From: Coniocarpon cinnabarinum
Lineage: Eukaryota
Length of the DNA stretch: 64,000 nt
Assembly: GCA_051942205.1 (NCBI GenBank)
Contig: JAVECO010000099.1
Coordinates: 1-64,000 of the forward strand
Direction of reading: 5' to 3'
The translations under genes and the position numbers were made by a program. Shown here in pieces: positions 1-10,497 of the stretch. Position 1 is the first letter of the stretch. Every line of letters begins with the position of its first letter. Below the pieces are notes generated by a model. It had not been told where the DNA came from, ran no database searches, and was given only the letters and a program-made list of their open reading frames with translations.

Positions 1-1322
1 ATGGGAAGGGGGTGCTTGCGGGGTGAGGACTTCAATAGAGGGAGCCATGGTGAGGGTTGTAATGCTTTGTGAGGTGCAAACGTGCAATGTATTGACTTGC
101 GACAAATGAGATGTGCAGGAAATCAGGAAATGTGGATGAGCGCTGTTTGAGGCTCGAGTCTTATGTATCTACATACTCCCGTGCGGAGACTGAAACCTTC
201 GGACGAGCTCCTGGCGAGTTGTGAGGTGCTTGCCACTTACAATGGCCGTCTAGCACTACTTTGAAGCTTTGCGAGGTACGTCGTTCGGAGCTTTGAAGAC
301 GCGTCGCATCACGCAATGCATGATTGACAGGCATGGGAGCGAGCTCTCAGCTGTAGACCAATCAGGGAGAGAAGCGTGGCGACGCGGTGTTCGAAGGCTT
401 TCTGAGGGGCATCCAGAAACAACACCAAGCTTGGGGCCCATATATTCGTCGAAGGTGGTGACGGGGACGTGATCAGCGCGTGATGACGCCAGATTGTGTG
501 GTGATACCTCTACAGCAATGGCGTGATGCAGGCTTGAGACGCAACTTCTGAACGCGACTCCAGCCACCATTTGAACCATTTTCTTGACTGGGAAGAATCA
601 TTACATCTCTTTGCTTACCGGTCATGTGTAAACAGGAGATGAGAACGACCATGTCTTCTCCTTATGTTGGAGAGACAGTCAACCACAAGGCATTGAGTAG
701 GAGACAGGAGACAGGAGACAAGGGGGGGGGGGCTCTTAGGGTTAGGGTTCAACGACGTATCTTGCCCAAGCACGTCACCTTTTTTGTTTATTCGTCCTTC
801 CTCAATCGAACCCATAGCATGTCATATTACTCGCTGCCATTGGACGATAGTTGTAGTGCATTGAATCTGGATCTAGATGCAAAATGATCCGTGCATTTGT
901 CGGTACCAGCGCGGCGAGGGTATCTGGTGGGCATTCCAGTTCCAAGCCACGAACAACCAAGTGCCCCAATACTATGTCTAGATCATCATACCAACCAATG
1001 TTAGACGTAACCTGCGAACAGGATGCTCTATCTCCGAGGCTCGTAGACTTTGAGTGCCGTGCCCGCTAATAAAGGGGTGGATCTGGTACAGAGTCAGTCC
1101 TGCACGTCACGCCAGCATGGGTGCAATCACACCATCTGCCGGCTGTCACTGCAGACTACCGGCGAAACACTCCCGGGGTCGTCTATCTCTTTGCGGATAG
1201 TATCTTAAAACGCATTGCTCTCTCTCATGCCGCCGTTCGTGGTGTTGTAGGATTCCCATTACGTCGTTGCAACTTTATCTCTCTCTTCACTTTACTTGTT
1301 CACGGCTGTCCGCATTCGTAAG

Positions 1323-3268
1323 ATGTCAGAACGCAAGCACGAGCTCCGTGAAGAGCGCAAGATCTCGCAAAGCGATTCCGACGACCCGGATAAAAGCCCA
1401 TCTTACATACAGCATGGCGCTCCTGACAGCCCCTCGGCGTCACCCGCGTCGTCGGGCTCGGAGCTGCTAACCCCTGCGCACGTCATTGGCAAAAGGACTA
1501 CATTTGACACCTCAGAGCTCAGCGAGTTCTACAAGCCCATCGATAGCTACGAGGGCCGACACAGATTCGATCCAGATTTCCAATGGGATGCCCAAGAGGA
1601 AAAGAAAATTGTCCGAAAGGTACGTCAGTCTCTCCCCGAATTGAAGAAGTGCACGGAATGTGGTAAATGATGGGATGGACAGCTCGATCTGCGGATATGC
1701 TCTTGGGTTTGCTTGGCCTTCTTTGCGCTGCAGCTGGACCGTGGCAACATTTCCCAGGCAGTGTCGGACACTTTGCTTCAGGATTTGAAAATGAACACGA
1801 ACGGTCTGTCATCGTCGGGCACACCCCATTCAGTATCGAGAGCTGATGATGCTAGACTACAACAATGGTCAAACGATATTCTATTGCACCTTTCTGTTCG
1901 CAGAGCTCCCTTCGCAGATGATCTCAAAACGCCTCGGGCCTGACCGGTGAGTACTTTTACCACAATGTTTTCCCCCTCGCGACTCACCGCGACATTGACT
2001 GCAAGGCACAAGATGGATCCCCATCCAAATGGTCTCCTGGAGCCTCATCGCCGCCTGCCAAGCCTTCCTCCAAAACAAATCCTCCTACTACGTCTGCCGC
2101 GCCCTGCTCGGCATCATGGAAGGCGGCTTCATCCCGGACAACGTGCTGTATCTCTCGTACTTCTACAAAAGCGCCGAACTCCCCACCCGCCTCTCCCTCT
2201 TCTGGGTCTCCTACGAATTCACGTACATCGTCTCCGCCCTCGCCGCCTACGGCATCCTCCACATGTCCGGCATCAGCGGCCTCGCGGGCTGGCGCTGGCT
2301 CTTCGCCCTCGAAGGCACGGTCACCGGCCTCATCGGCATCGCCACGTATTTCTATCTCCCGCCCAGTCCGTGTCAGACGGCGAGTTGGTTCCGCGGCAAG
2401 AACGGCTGGTTTACCCCGCATGAGGAGAAAATCATGGTCAATCGCATTCTGAGAGATGATCCGTCCAAGGGCGACATGCACAATCGACAGGCCGTGGACT
2501 TTGGCGGATTCTGGAAGTGTCTCTGTGACAGGCACATGTGGCCCATTTACTTCTTGGGGCTCTGTTGGATGCTGCCATTCTACCCCTCGCAGTCGCAATA
2601 CTTGACACTCATATTGCGGAGTGACGGGTTCACGACGTTTCAGACGAACCTGCTGACCATCCCCGCATACGTACTATTCATTATTAACCTCCTCTTCTGG
2701 ACGCAGATCACGGAGTGGCTCAACGAGCGCTTCCTCCTCGTCTGCGTCAATGAAGTCTGGTGCATGGCAGCTTTGATCGCCCTGGAAGTGATGCCCGCGG
2801 GTACGTCCGGGAATCTGCGCTGGGGCCGCTACGCGTGCACCTTGCTACTGGCGGGGTCCCCCTATTTCCACGCGATCATCGTCGCCATCACGAGCCGCAA
2901 CGCCGGCAGCGTCCGCACGCGCACGGTCGCCAGCGCAATCTACAACATGTCCGTGCAGGCGAGCAACATCATCGGCAGCCAGATCTACCGCAATAACGAT
3001 AAGCCGTACTATCGCAAGGGGAACATCGCGTTGCTTGTCTTGACGGCGTGGAACATCTGCGCGTTGGTGTCGACTAAGTTCTTTTATGTGGCTGTGAATT
3101 CGAGGCGGGAGCGCGTGTGGAACGACATGACTAAGGAGGAGAAGGAGCATTATCTGGCGACGACGAAAGACGAGGGGAATCGACGGTATGTTCATCTCTC
3201 GTGAATCTCGGTTCCGGCTAAAGGTCATGACTAACGTGCGCAGACTCGACTTCCGCTTCGCGCATTAG
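1323..3268 (+). CDS. MFS transporter, allantoate permease (Dal5/anion:cation symporter) family; about 5 exons
   Basis: Spliced reading gives ...[31 protein letters not shown]..., [45 protein letters not shown] and C-terminal [13 protein letters not shown] introns include 1620-1682 and one ending at 3243. Confidence 0.9.
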
Positions 3269-3275
3269 TCTTCAA

Positions 3276-4503
3276 TCACACAGTACACGCCAGGCCGTTC
3301 TGCCGAACCTCCACGAACGACCGTAACAATCCCTGATAGAACGCTAACCCCGCCAGAACGACCGCAATGTGAAACAGCTGGTGACTGTGTCCGATAAAGT
3401 CGAGACGACCTGGGAACCAGCGCTCCGGGACCCGACATGCGTAGTGCATGGCCCCGATCGAGTTGAGGAGTGCCGTCACGCCCATCCAATCGATCGACAT
3501 ACTCTTCATCTGCGTGTCCCAGCCTCGCAGTATGAGTCCGTGCATGACGTAGACGGCGCTCCAGATGCCAAGAGCTGTATACATGAGTGTACGAATGACG
3601 TTGAATTCGGGTGAGGTGGCACGGGGATTGGATGTCACGATGCAGCAGCAGAGTGCCAGCGCTGTCGTCTACGTTCTTCGTCAGTCTTATCCGATATATC
3701 ATGTATGACAGTATCGGGTGGTACTTACACATGCCCAATGCACATTCCTCGCTTCAGTATGGCACTGAAACCCATAGTATATTGATGGAATACTGGCAGA
3801 CCACATCAGGAGCGAGATCCCCATGTAATCGAGATGTTTGCCTGCGTTGGCCATTTGCGGACTGCGATTGGCTACCATGTGACATCTATTTCAATCAGCC
3901 ACTTCTCTGCTTCACAACATGAGGCTCTGCGATGGGCACGTACGCTGACGATAGGAGAAAACAAGTCGCGACGCCGGCGGCGTAGATGGACATGACGGCC
4001 ACATCTGCGAGTTCGGCGGCGCGAGTATGCTGGTAGTAGTACGTGGAGAAGTGCCAGGGGATGCAGGCGAAAATGAAGGCGCCGATGAGATGTGTTTGGA
4101 TGTTGCCTGTTTCATTGTGGAAATGGAGTGAGGAGTCGATGCTCTCTATGCCGAATGTGTCAGCACTTTGTCCGATATTTTGGCTGTGAGTAGGCGTTCG
4201 GGTTAGCGTACCTTCTAGTGAGTCGCTTGTGGGTCGATAGCCCGTTTCGATGTATTGGTTGTACTGCCACGAAGCTGTTCAGAACCGTCAGCATGCTATG
4301 CGATATCTTGGCCACCCTTGCAGCAACAGCGACGCCAAAGACGATGCGGGTGAAGTGAGAGACGTACGGATTTCCTCCGCCGTTAGCAGAGACTTGGGGC
4401 TCAGAGCTGGATAACTCTTTTCCCGAGCCCACTCCTCGTTCGCAAAATCATCGTTCAAGAGAGGTCTCTTTTCCTCAACAGGTGCAAAAACAACCTTATG
4501 CAT
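3276..4503 (-). CDS. PAQR / hemolysin-III family (IZH/adiponectin-receptor-like) 7-TM protein; multi-exon
   Basis: Spliced minus-strand reading: PSWQYNQYIETGYRP, HNETGNIQTHLIG, LDYMGI, SIPSIYYGFQC, RVPERWFPGRLDFIGHSHQLFH, which are the PAQR signature motifs. Confidence 0.88.
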
Positions 4504-5814
4504 GTTTACAAAGCCTTGGTTTCAAACCCTCGTATCTGCGTTGAACGCCAATAGCAATATGGTAGGGCCAAAGAGGGCCGACAAGGGGTCTCCCTCTTTT
4601 TGTGGGGAGGATTTGCAGATGGTAAGCATCTCAAACAAGGGGACAAGTGGCATGAGGAATTGTTACAAGCGCGGAGTTTGCAAGTGAGTGTGAGTGTGAG
4701 TGTGAGCGTTTCAGGGAATGTGAGGTGTGAGTTGGTCCAAGCACGAGGTGGCAGATACAGGAGCAGGAGCAGGAATCCTGAAAGCAGGATGGGTCTGAAG
4801 CGGGTCGCAGATGGGGTCATGAGCACAACTGTTGCTGCGCATTGACATTGCATTGACATCAGGACTGGCATTGCTATTGGCATTAGTACCAACAGTAATC
4901 ATCATCATAAGCGGAGACCACGCAGCAACAGCAACAGCATCATCATCAGCAAAGCAAGTTACAGACTCGCCAAACGACCCCAGAACGACGCGGGCGACGT
5001 CACGTCCATTGAAGAACAAAACAGGTTGCCATTGGGTCAGCTTCCCTCGTTTCATGGAAGGAGGAAGGGCACGTGCGTTGTTGCTTCTGGCTCGTGAAAT
5101 GGTATAATTGGAGCTAGTTGGAGGAATGGGGTAGGTGATGGGGATCAGGCGACGGAAGCAGAGCGAGGTGAGGTGGCTTGTTGGCTTTTGGCCCCATTGA
5201 CGGATGAGTACAGTACGTGGCGGTTTGGTTTCGGGTTGTGAGACTGCTTGACGCGGGTTTGGAGTCAGACCACGTGGAATTTGTGACATGGCCTTGGCTG
5301 AGGACATGATGCAGCTCATTCGTGTTGCACTGACGAATGCAAGGCTCAATGTTAAGAGGAGCAGAGTTGTGATGAAGTTGAATATAGAGCGGGGCTAGGG
5401 GCTAAGGCCTGATAAATCAGGTGGAACTGGATACTCGTTGTGCGTCACCAGTCTCCAGTCAACATGACAAAGCCATCACATTTTTTGTCCCTGTGACTCG
5501 CCGTCGCCGATTGGTTTCATGCAAGAAGCCATATGTTGTCCTTTCATTCGTTCATGTATTGCTATAAACCGAGAAGATTATATCATACTATACATCCGAG
5601 TCGTGTCCCAGACCTTTTCAATCGCAAGCCCGTTCCTGTTTCAGTACCAATGTAGTGGAGCTTTTCGTAGTCGTACAATCCCTGCATCTGTCGGGGATCC
5701 TCCAGTAAAAAGAGGAAAATCGTAAACACCGCAGCAGCGCTGATAATAGATCCAGACGTCCTCCGTAAGTCATATCCAAGTTCATCGACAAGGCCTCATT
5801 GTCGCTTCCAAACG

Positions 5815-8800
5815 TCACGCGCCCAACTCATCCACTTCGTTACCTTCACTGTGTGCGTCCAAAATGTCTGCATCCATTTGCTCATCCACACCATCTTCAT
5901 CAATAGCCCCATCTTCTTCGTCGAACCCTGCAAACGCGTCGCTCTCCTCATATCCCAGGCCTTTGCCCTGGTCTTCTTGCCAGCCATCGTTCCTCCTTTG
6001 CACTTCATCTGCCATGTCCTTTTCAGCATCCATCAACTCATCATGACTCGTCAGATTGTTGTTTCGCCGTCTAGGACCTGTGCGCTTCCGTGCATGGCCC
6101 ACCCTTTTTCTCTTGCTAGTGTCAGACTCATCGCTGTCATCTTCCTCATGCCCCGTGCCCTCCCAAGCCTCCTCTTCAAGCGTCACAGCTGCCTCGATCT
6201 CTGCTTCCGACTCGACGCTGCGGGTTGGCTCGTCGACGAAAGCTGGGTCCATACCCTGAGACGAGTGAGACATTGACTCATCGGATTCGGACGCAAAGTC
6301 CAAGTCCGAATCCATGTCCGTGTCAACGTCACCTTCATCCTCCTGATCATCGCTCGAAGACTCGTTGTCGCTCATTGATATGTCCACGTTTTGAGCTGCG
6401 CGTAGACTTTTGTTGACGCCAAAACTATACGGTGTAGCGTATGCAGCGGCGCTGCGATCTTTGACAGAGACCTCGACACCATTACGAGCGCAGTACTCTT
6501 GAAAAGCCATTTCGGCTTCTTCGTCAGGGTTATGAGAGCGGCTAGGGGTCAGAGCCCATGGGGCGTCGTCATGGCCTGTGCGGCCTGATGGTGTGCGAGA
6601 TAGGCGACGACGCTTGGACAGGGACGACGAGGGTTGCGAAGAGACAAGAAGGCCGTCAGGGTCTGATTTCTTGAGGGTATGGTCAAAAGACGTGACTGTG
6701 TGTTTTGGATGTGGCTGATCCGCGAGAGTGATGTGAGCAGGCGCATGACTTTGGATAGCAGGTAAGGAGGCTGTGCGACGTTGTTCAAGCGATGGTCGGG
6801 CAACGCTAGGTATTTCGGAAGTGGGCGTAATTGGGTCAGGATGTCGTACACAACGCTGCGGATCAGCCGAGGACAACTCAGAAAAGTCTTCTCCAGACGA
6901 CTGTTCATAGTCCGGGTCTCCTTCGACATTGTCCCCTTCTTTTTGTGCCTGTGAGCGCGGAGGCGACGGATGATGTGAAGACTCAAAGGAGACATTTGAT
7001 GCGAACGAGGTTTGCTGACTCGGAGATGGATCAAGCTTAGGCTCGTACTCCCAGCAGGGTTCGTGTGCATCGGCTTCGGGCACGCCGTCTCCGTACAGAT
7101 GGACCTTCTGGCTCCTCCGCTGATCTTCAAGCTCTTGTTCAGGCACACGAGGTAGCTCGCGCAACCGTTGCCATGTCCAGCTGGTGTGCTTCTGGCTCTG
7201 CAAGTACGCTGAAGGAGTTGTAATGAAGAGTCTCGTGACGCCAATGGAGGGTGCTTTCATAAACACGCTCGATTCCAGAAATGGAAGCGTCCACAACGCA
7301 GGCGTCGCCAATTCAGAGACAGACAGAAAGCGAAGCCGTGATGCTTTATGGATTTTGCGTAGTGGAACGAACGCGCTCCGCAGGGCAAGTAAGGGTGTTT
7401 GTGTGAGGTGGTCGCTTTCAATGGCAGTGCCACGCCTTGAATGACTGTGCGACGTCATCTGCAAGACGTCTGCAAAAGACTTGCAAATCGTGTCATACAC
7501 GGTCCGGGCACTTCCGTTCGGAAAAGCAACATTCCTCACGAAGCCACGACTTTTTAAACGTTCATACACACGGCCTCCCATGCCCGGCGTAGGACCGATG
7601 GCTCTTGCGGTCAGGTATGCATTGGGCCACTCGTCAGAAGCGTCGTCAAAGGTGAAGTTTTGATTTGCGCTCTTCTGCCAGAGACCATTGAGCTTGTCCG
7701 GCGACACTGATTGAGTCAGGTCGGTTGGTAGAGCGGCAGGTAGACAATCTCGTCCAGACGCCTGAGAAGCATCGTTTGGAGTACACCAAGTACCTTTAAG
7801 ACCAGGCCCCCAGGGAAGGAGAACTACTTCTACGCGTTGCGTAGAGTCCGATGCAGTTTGCATCGTGTTAAGATTCCCCAGTCGTTTTTCAATGTTGCGA
7901 AGCCTTTGAATGGCTTTCATCCTGTGGCTGACGACACCCTGGACACACTGCATGTTAATCAAAGGTGTTGGTCCTTGTTCCAGATCCTCTTCCTGTAGCA
8001 GACCACTAGCTATGCGAGATGTTTGATCACAATCAGAATCAGTTGTGTCGAACCATTCATCGCAGAATTTCTCCAGGTCTCCGAGGCGGCTTTCGACATC
8101 AATCATGTGGCCTTCAAACTGCTCGAAACGATCGTTGTGCTCCTCAATGGCACTATGTGCAAATGAGGCCGTCTCCAGTGCATCCACACGCTGACCCAAC
8201 TTTGCGAGAGACACGCCGAGGTTTGGTGTGTCTGCTAGCAAGTGCCGGAGTGAGGCAACATTAGAAGCGAGCCTTTCGAGTACGGACGAGACCCTCGAGT
8301 TGTCGTTCGTCTCCGCAGTCGGTTCAGCAGGCTGAGCTACAGAGGACCTCAATCTCACACCGGAACAGGGGTGAATATTGGGTGCATTTAGCGAAGCGTT
8401 TTCTCGACCCAGAGCTAGATTCGGCGATGCATGTAGTCTGGTCACATCTTGATGCAAGCTGCTCACCTTGGCTCTGACTTGATTCATTGCACCGTCTAGA
8501 TCTCTTGCCTCTGAGGTGCCAACGATGCTGGGCGTCGCTACCTCTGTGGCGATCTCATCCACCTCTTGAGGACCCGCGCCGTCGGAGGAGGGTCTGGTGA
8601 TTCCTAGCCCAGCAAGCCGCGCATCGGCACGCTGCTTTATGACGTGCTCGGAAAAGTGACGGCTGGGGCTGGCACTCGCAGGCTCACTGCGCTCAGAGGC
8701 GAACTCCGTTGGCGTCATGCCGGGCGATCCATTGATAGGAGGGTATTGGCTTGCGGCAAAGCGAGCAGCCGCAGAAAGTTTGTTGTTGGCAAGTGATTGA

Positions 8801-9435
8801 TGTCGAGTGGACTCGACGTAGAGTCCGAGTCCAGAGACATCACGCCCGCTTTTGTTTGCATTGCAAGCTGTTGCGGCTGACTGTGCATTCCTTGACCGAG
8901 GACGAGGCTCTCCAAAGAGGCTGTCGCGCGAGACGCTAGCCATAGAGATGCGACCCATTTGTACATCCGACATGTTTCTGCCCATTGACTCGTAGCGATC
9001 TTGGTTCCTGCTCGTCTTGGTATGAGGTGGTGGCATTGCCGGAGAGGCCCCACCCGGAAAGGTCGAGCCTTCTCTTTGAAGATCATTCTGTGCCTGAGGC
9101 GTCTGTTGCTCGGAATGAAAGCACGCATGATGCCCACAGAAGCAGGAGTGCCTGTTGATGTTCGTTCCTGGGCGCCTCTTTCGCTGTCCGGGTTCTTCAT
9201 CAACAGCTTCGTCACGCGACCAAAAGCGACGGCAACCGCAGGTTCGGGCATGTATTCCTTCTTGAAGGTTACGCCAATTGCAAGGGCCTCGAGGCAGCTG
9301 AGGGCCTGTAGACGATGGAGGGGGAGCGAAGCTGGTTGGCTTGGAGCGGTGATTTGGAGAGCTGCGACGAGAGGAGTGGGAGGCTGATTGCTGTCGACGG
9401 AAGGTGGACGAAGCCGCCATTGGCCAACAGCTCAT
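5815..9435 (-). CDS. Uncharacterised 1206-aa protein with N-terminal Cys/His cluster, central coiled-coil-like segment and acidic C-terminus
   Basis: 3.6-kb uninterrupted ORF; PCNW...CGCRRFW...SCFCGHHACFH motif; heptad-like LERLASNVASL...LGDLEK region; D/E-rich tail. Confidence 0.8.
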   Translation of the reverse strand: MSCWPMAASSTFRRQQSASHSSRRSSPNHRSKPTSFAPPPSSTGPQLPRGPCNWRNLQEGIHARTCGCRRFWSRDEAVDEEPGQRKRRPGTNINRHSCFCGHHACFHSEQQTPQAQNDLQREGSTFPGGASPAMPPPHTKTSRNQDRYESMGRNMSDVQMGRISMASVSRDSLFGEPRPRSRNAQSAATACNANKSGRDVSGLGLYVESTRHQSLANNKLSAAARFAASQYPPINGSPGMTPTEFASERSEPASASPSRHFSEHVIKQRADARLAGLGITRPSSDGAGPQEVDEIATEVATPSIVGTSEARDLDGAMNQVRAKVSSLHQDVTRLHASPNLALGRENASLNAPNIHPCSGVRLRSSVAQPAEPTAETNDNSRVSSVLERLASNVASLRHLLADTPNLGVSLAKLGQRVDALETASFAHSAIEEHNDRFEQFEGHMIDVESRLGDLEKFCDEWFDTTDSDCDQTSRIASGLLQEEDLEQGPTPLINMQCVQGVVSHRMKAIQRLRNIEKRLGNLNTMQTASDSTQRVEVVLLPWGPGLKGTWCTPNDASQASGRDCLPAALPTDLTQSVSPDKLNGLWQKSANQNFTFDDASDEWPNAYLTARAIGPTPGMGGRVYERLKSRGFVRNVAFPNGSARTVYDTICKSFADVLQMTSHSHSRRGTAIESDHLTQTPLLALRSAFVPLRKIHKASRLRFLSVSELATPALWTLPFLESSVFMKAPSIGVTRLFITTPSAYLQSQKHTSWTWQRLRELPRVPEQELEDQRRSQKVHLYGDGVPEADAHEPCWEYEPKLDPSPSQQTSFASNVSFESSHHPSPPRSQAQKEGDNVEGDPDYEQSSGEDFSELSSADPQRCVRHPDPITPTSEIPSVARPSLEQRRTASLPAIQSHAPAHITLADQPHPKHTVTSFDHTLKKSDPDGLLVSSQPSSSLSKRRRLSRTPSGRTGHDDAPWALTPSRSHNPDEEAEMAFQEYCARNGVEVSVKDRSAAAYATPYSFGVNKSLRAAQNVDISMSDNESSSDDQEDEGDVDTDMDSDLDFASESDESMSHSSQGMDPAFVDEPTRSVESEAEIEAAVTLEEEAWEGTGHEEDDSDESDTSKRKRVGHARKRTGPRRRNNNLTSHDELMDAEKDMADEVQRRNDGWQEDQGKGLGYEESDAFAGFDEEDGAIDEDGVDEQMDADILDAHSEGNEVDELGA

Positions 9436-10497
9436 ACCATGAGCATCAGCAAGCTCAAATCAGCGCAATTTGAGCAACTGATGCGGCTCTGGAGTATGGC
9501 GTAGTTGTCGAATGGAGGAGGTGACTGGACTAACGTAGCGGTAGAAATGGCTTGAGGGTTGGCAGAGCAAATAGACCAGGGCAAAGGCGCAATTTCGTAA
9601 AATGGGAATTCTGGGGCTCGCGAGCTGCATGGGAAGATGATCAGTGCGCCCCAAGAGACAGGCTGCTGTTATCAGCAACGTCGGCTAGTCGAGGCTTGAC
9701 TGGAGACGGCCAAGCTGGCAGCGCTGTTGGGCGGCCATGGCGAGAGAGAGGGAACACGACGCCTTTTGAGCTGGGTCGAGGCAGCCATATTCAGAGTCAT
9801 CTGGAGACCAGCAGCGAGAGCAAGAGGAAAAGAAGCACGCAGCGCTAAGGGCGAGGTGCAGGATGGGCAGCAAGGCCGGTGGGAGATGGGCGAGGGCGCG
9901 AGTCAGGGAGGGAAAATGCGGAGGAGAGGATTGGACGAGAGGAATTTCCTGACCCTGCTGGCGCCCGGTCCACGTCTACTCGTCTGCTCTTCCGCACGGC
10001 CACCAACGCCCTCCTCCCGCTGCTATGGACTTCGCCTGTCCTTATCCGTACCAGCAGCATACTCCCCGGCTCTGCACACGACGCGTCTTTACGATGGGCA
10101 ACGCTGCCTACGTACTCCACCCTGCGAGCGCGGAGCCTCCTCAGGCGGGCCGGCACGCGTAACGCTGCTGCACTCCTCTCTCCAATCACCTCTAACCAGC
10201 GCTCCACCTTGTAAGAAAGCACAGGCATGCACAAAGTTGGCGTAAGTCGTTACTCGTATGTACTCAATTCATGTGCGCTCAGGCCGTTACTCAAAACGCT
10301 CGTCTACGTCGTCGCGTTCACACACATCACTCGTCTCGCTCGTTAGGAACCAACGCCGTCGCGCCCCTCTCGCGCCCCTCCCTGTCCTCGCTCCTTCTCG
10401 CGTCGTGGATGCAGAAGCGGATTAAAACACCAAAGAGAAGAAAAAAAAAGATTCGTCAGTCCGATGCTGAGGCCCGTGCATTCAAAAGAAATCGCCA

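Noticed and set aside
1..620. Minus-strand 107-aa ORF (256-579) with nearby GTAAG donor-like sites
   Set aside because: No recognisable motif and no consistent exon chain could be built; may be a gene running off the left edge but unsupported.
3760..3800. Apparent frameshift in the PAQR gene
   Set aside because: Re-reading gives an intact SIPSIYYGFQC; no lesion.
4506..5349. Several 80-210 aa ORFs and short (GTGAGT)n / (GCAGGA)n repeats
   Set aside because: Low-complexity intergenic sequence with no family motifs.
9460..10450. Overlapping ORFs in GC-rich sequence
   Set aside because: Best explained as 5' UTR/promoter of the 1206-aa gene and 3' UTR of its neighbour.
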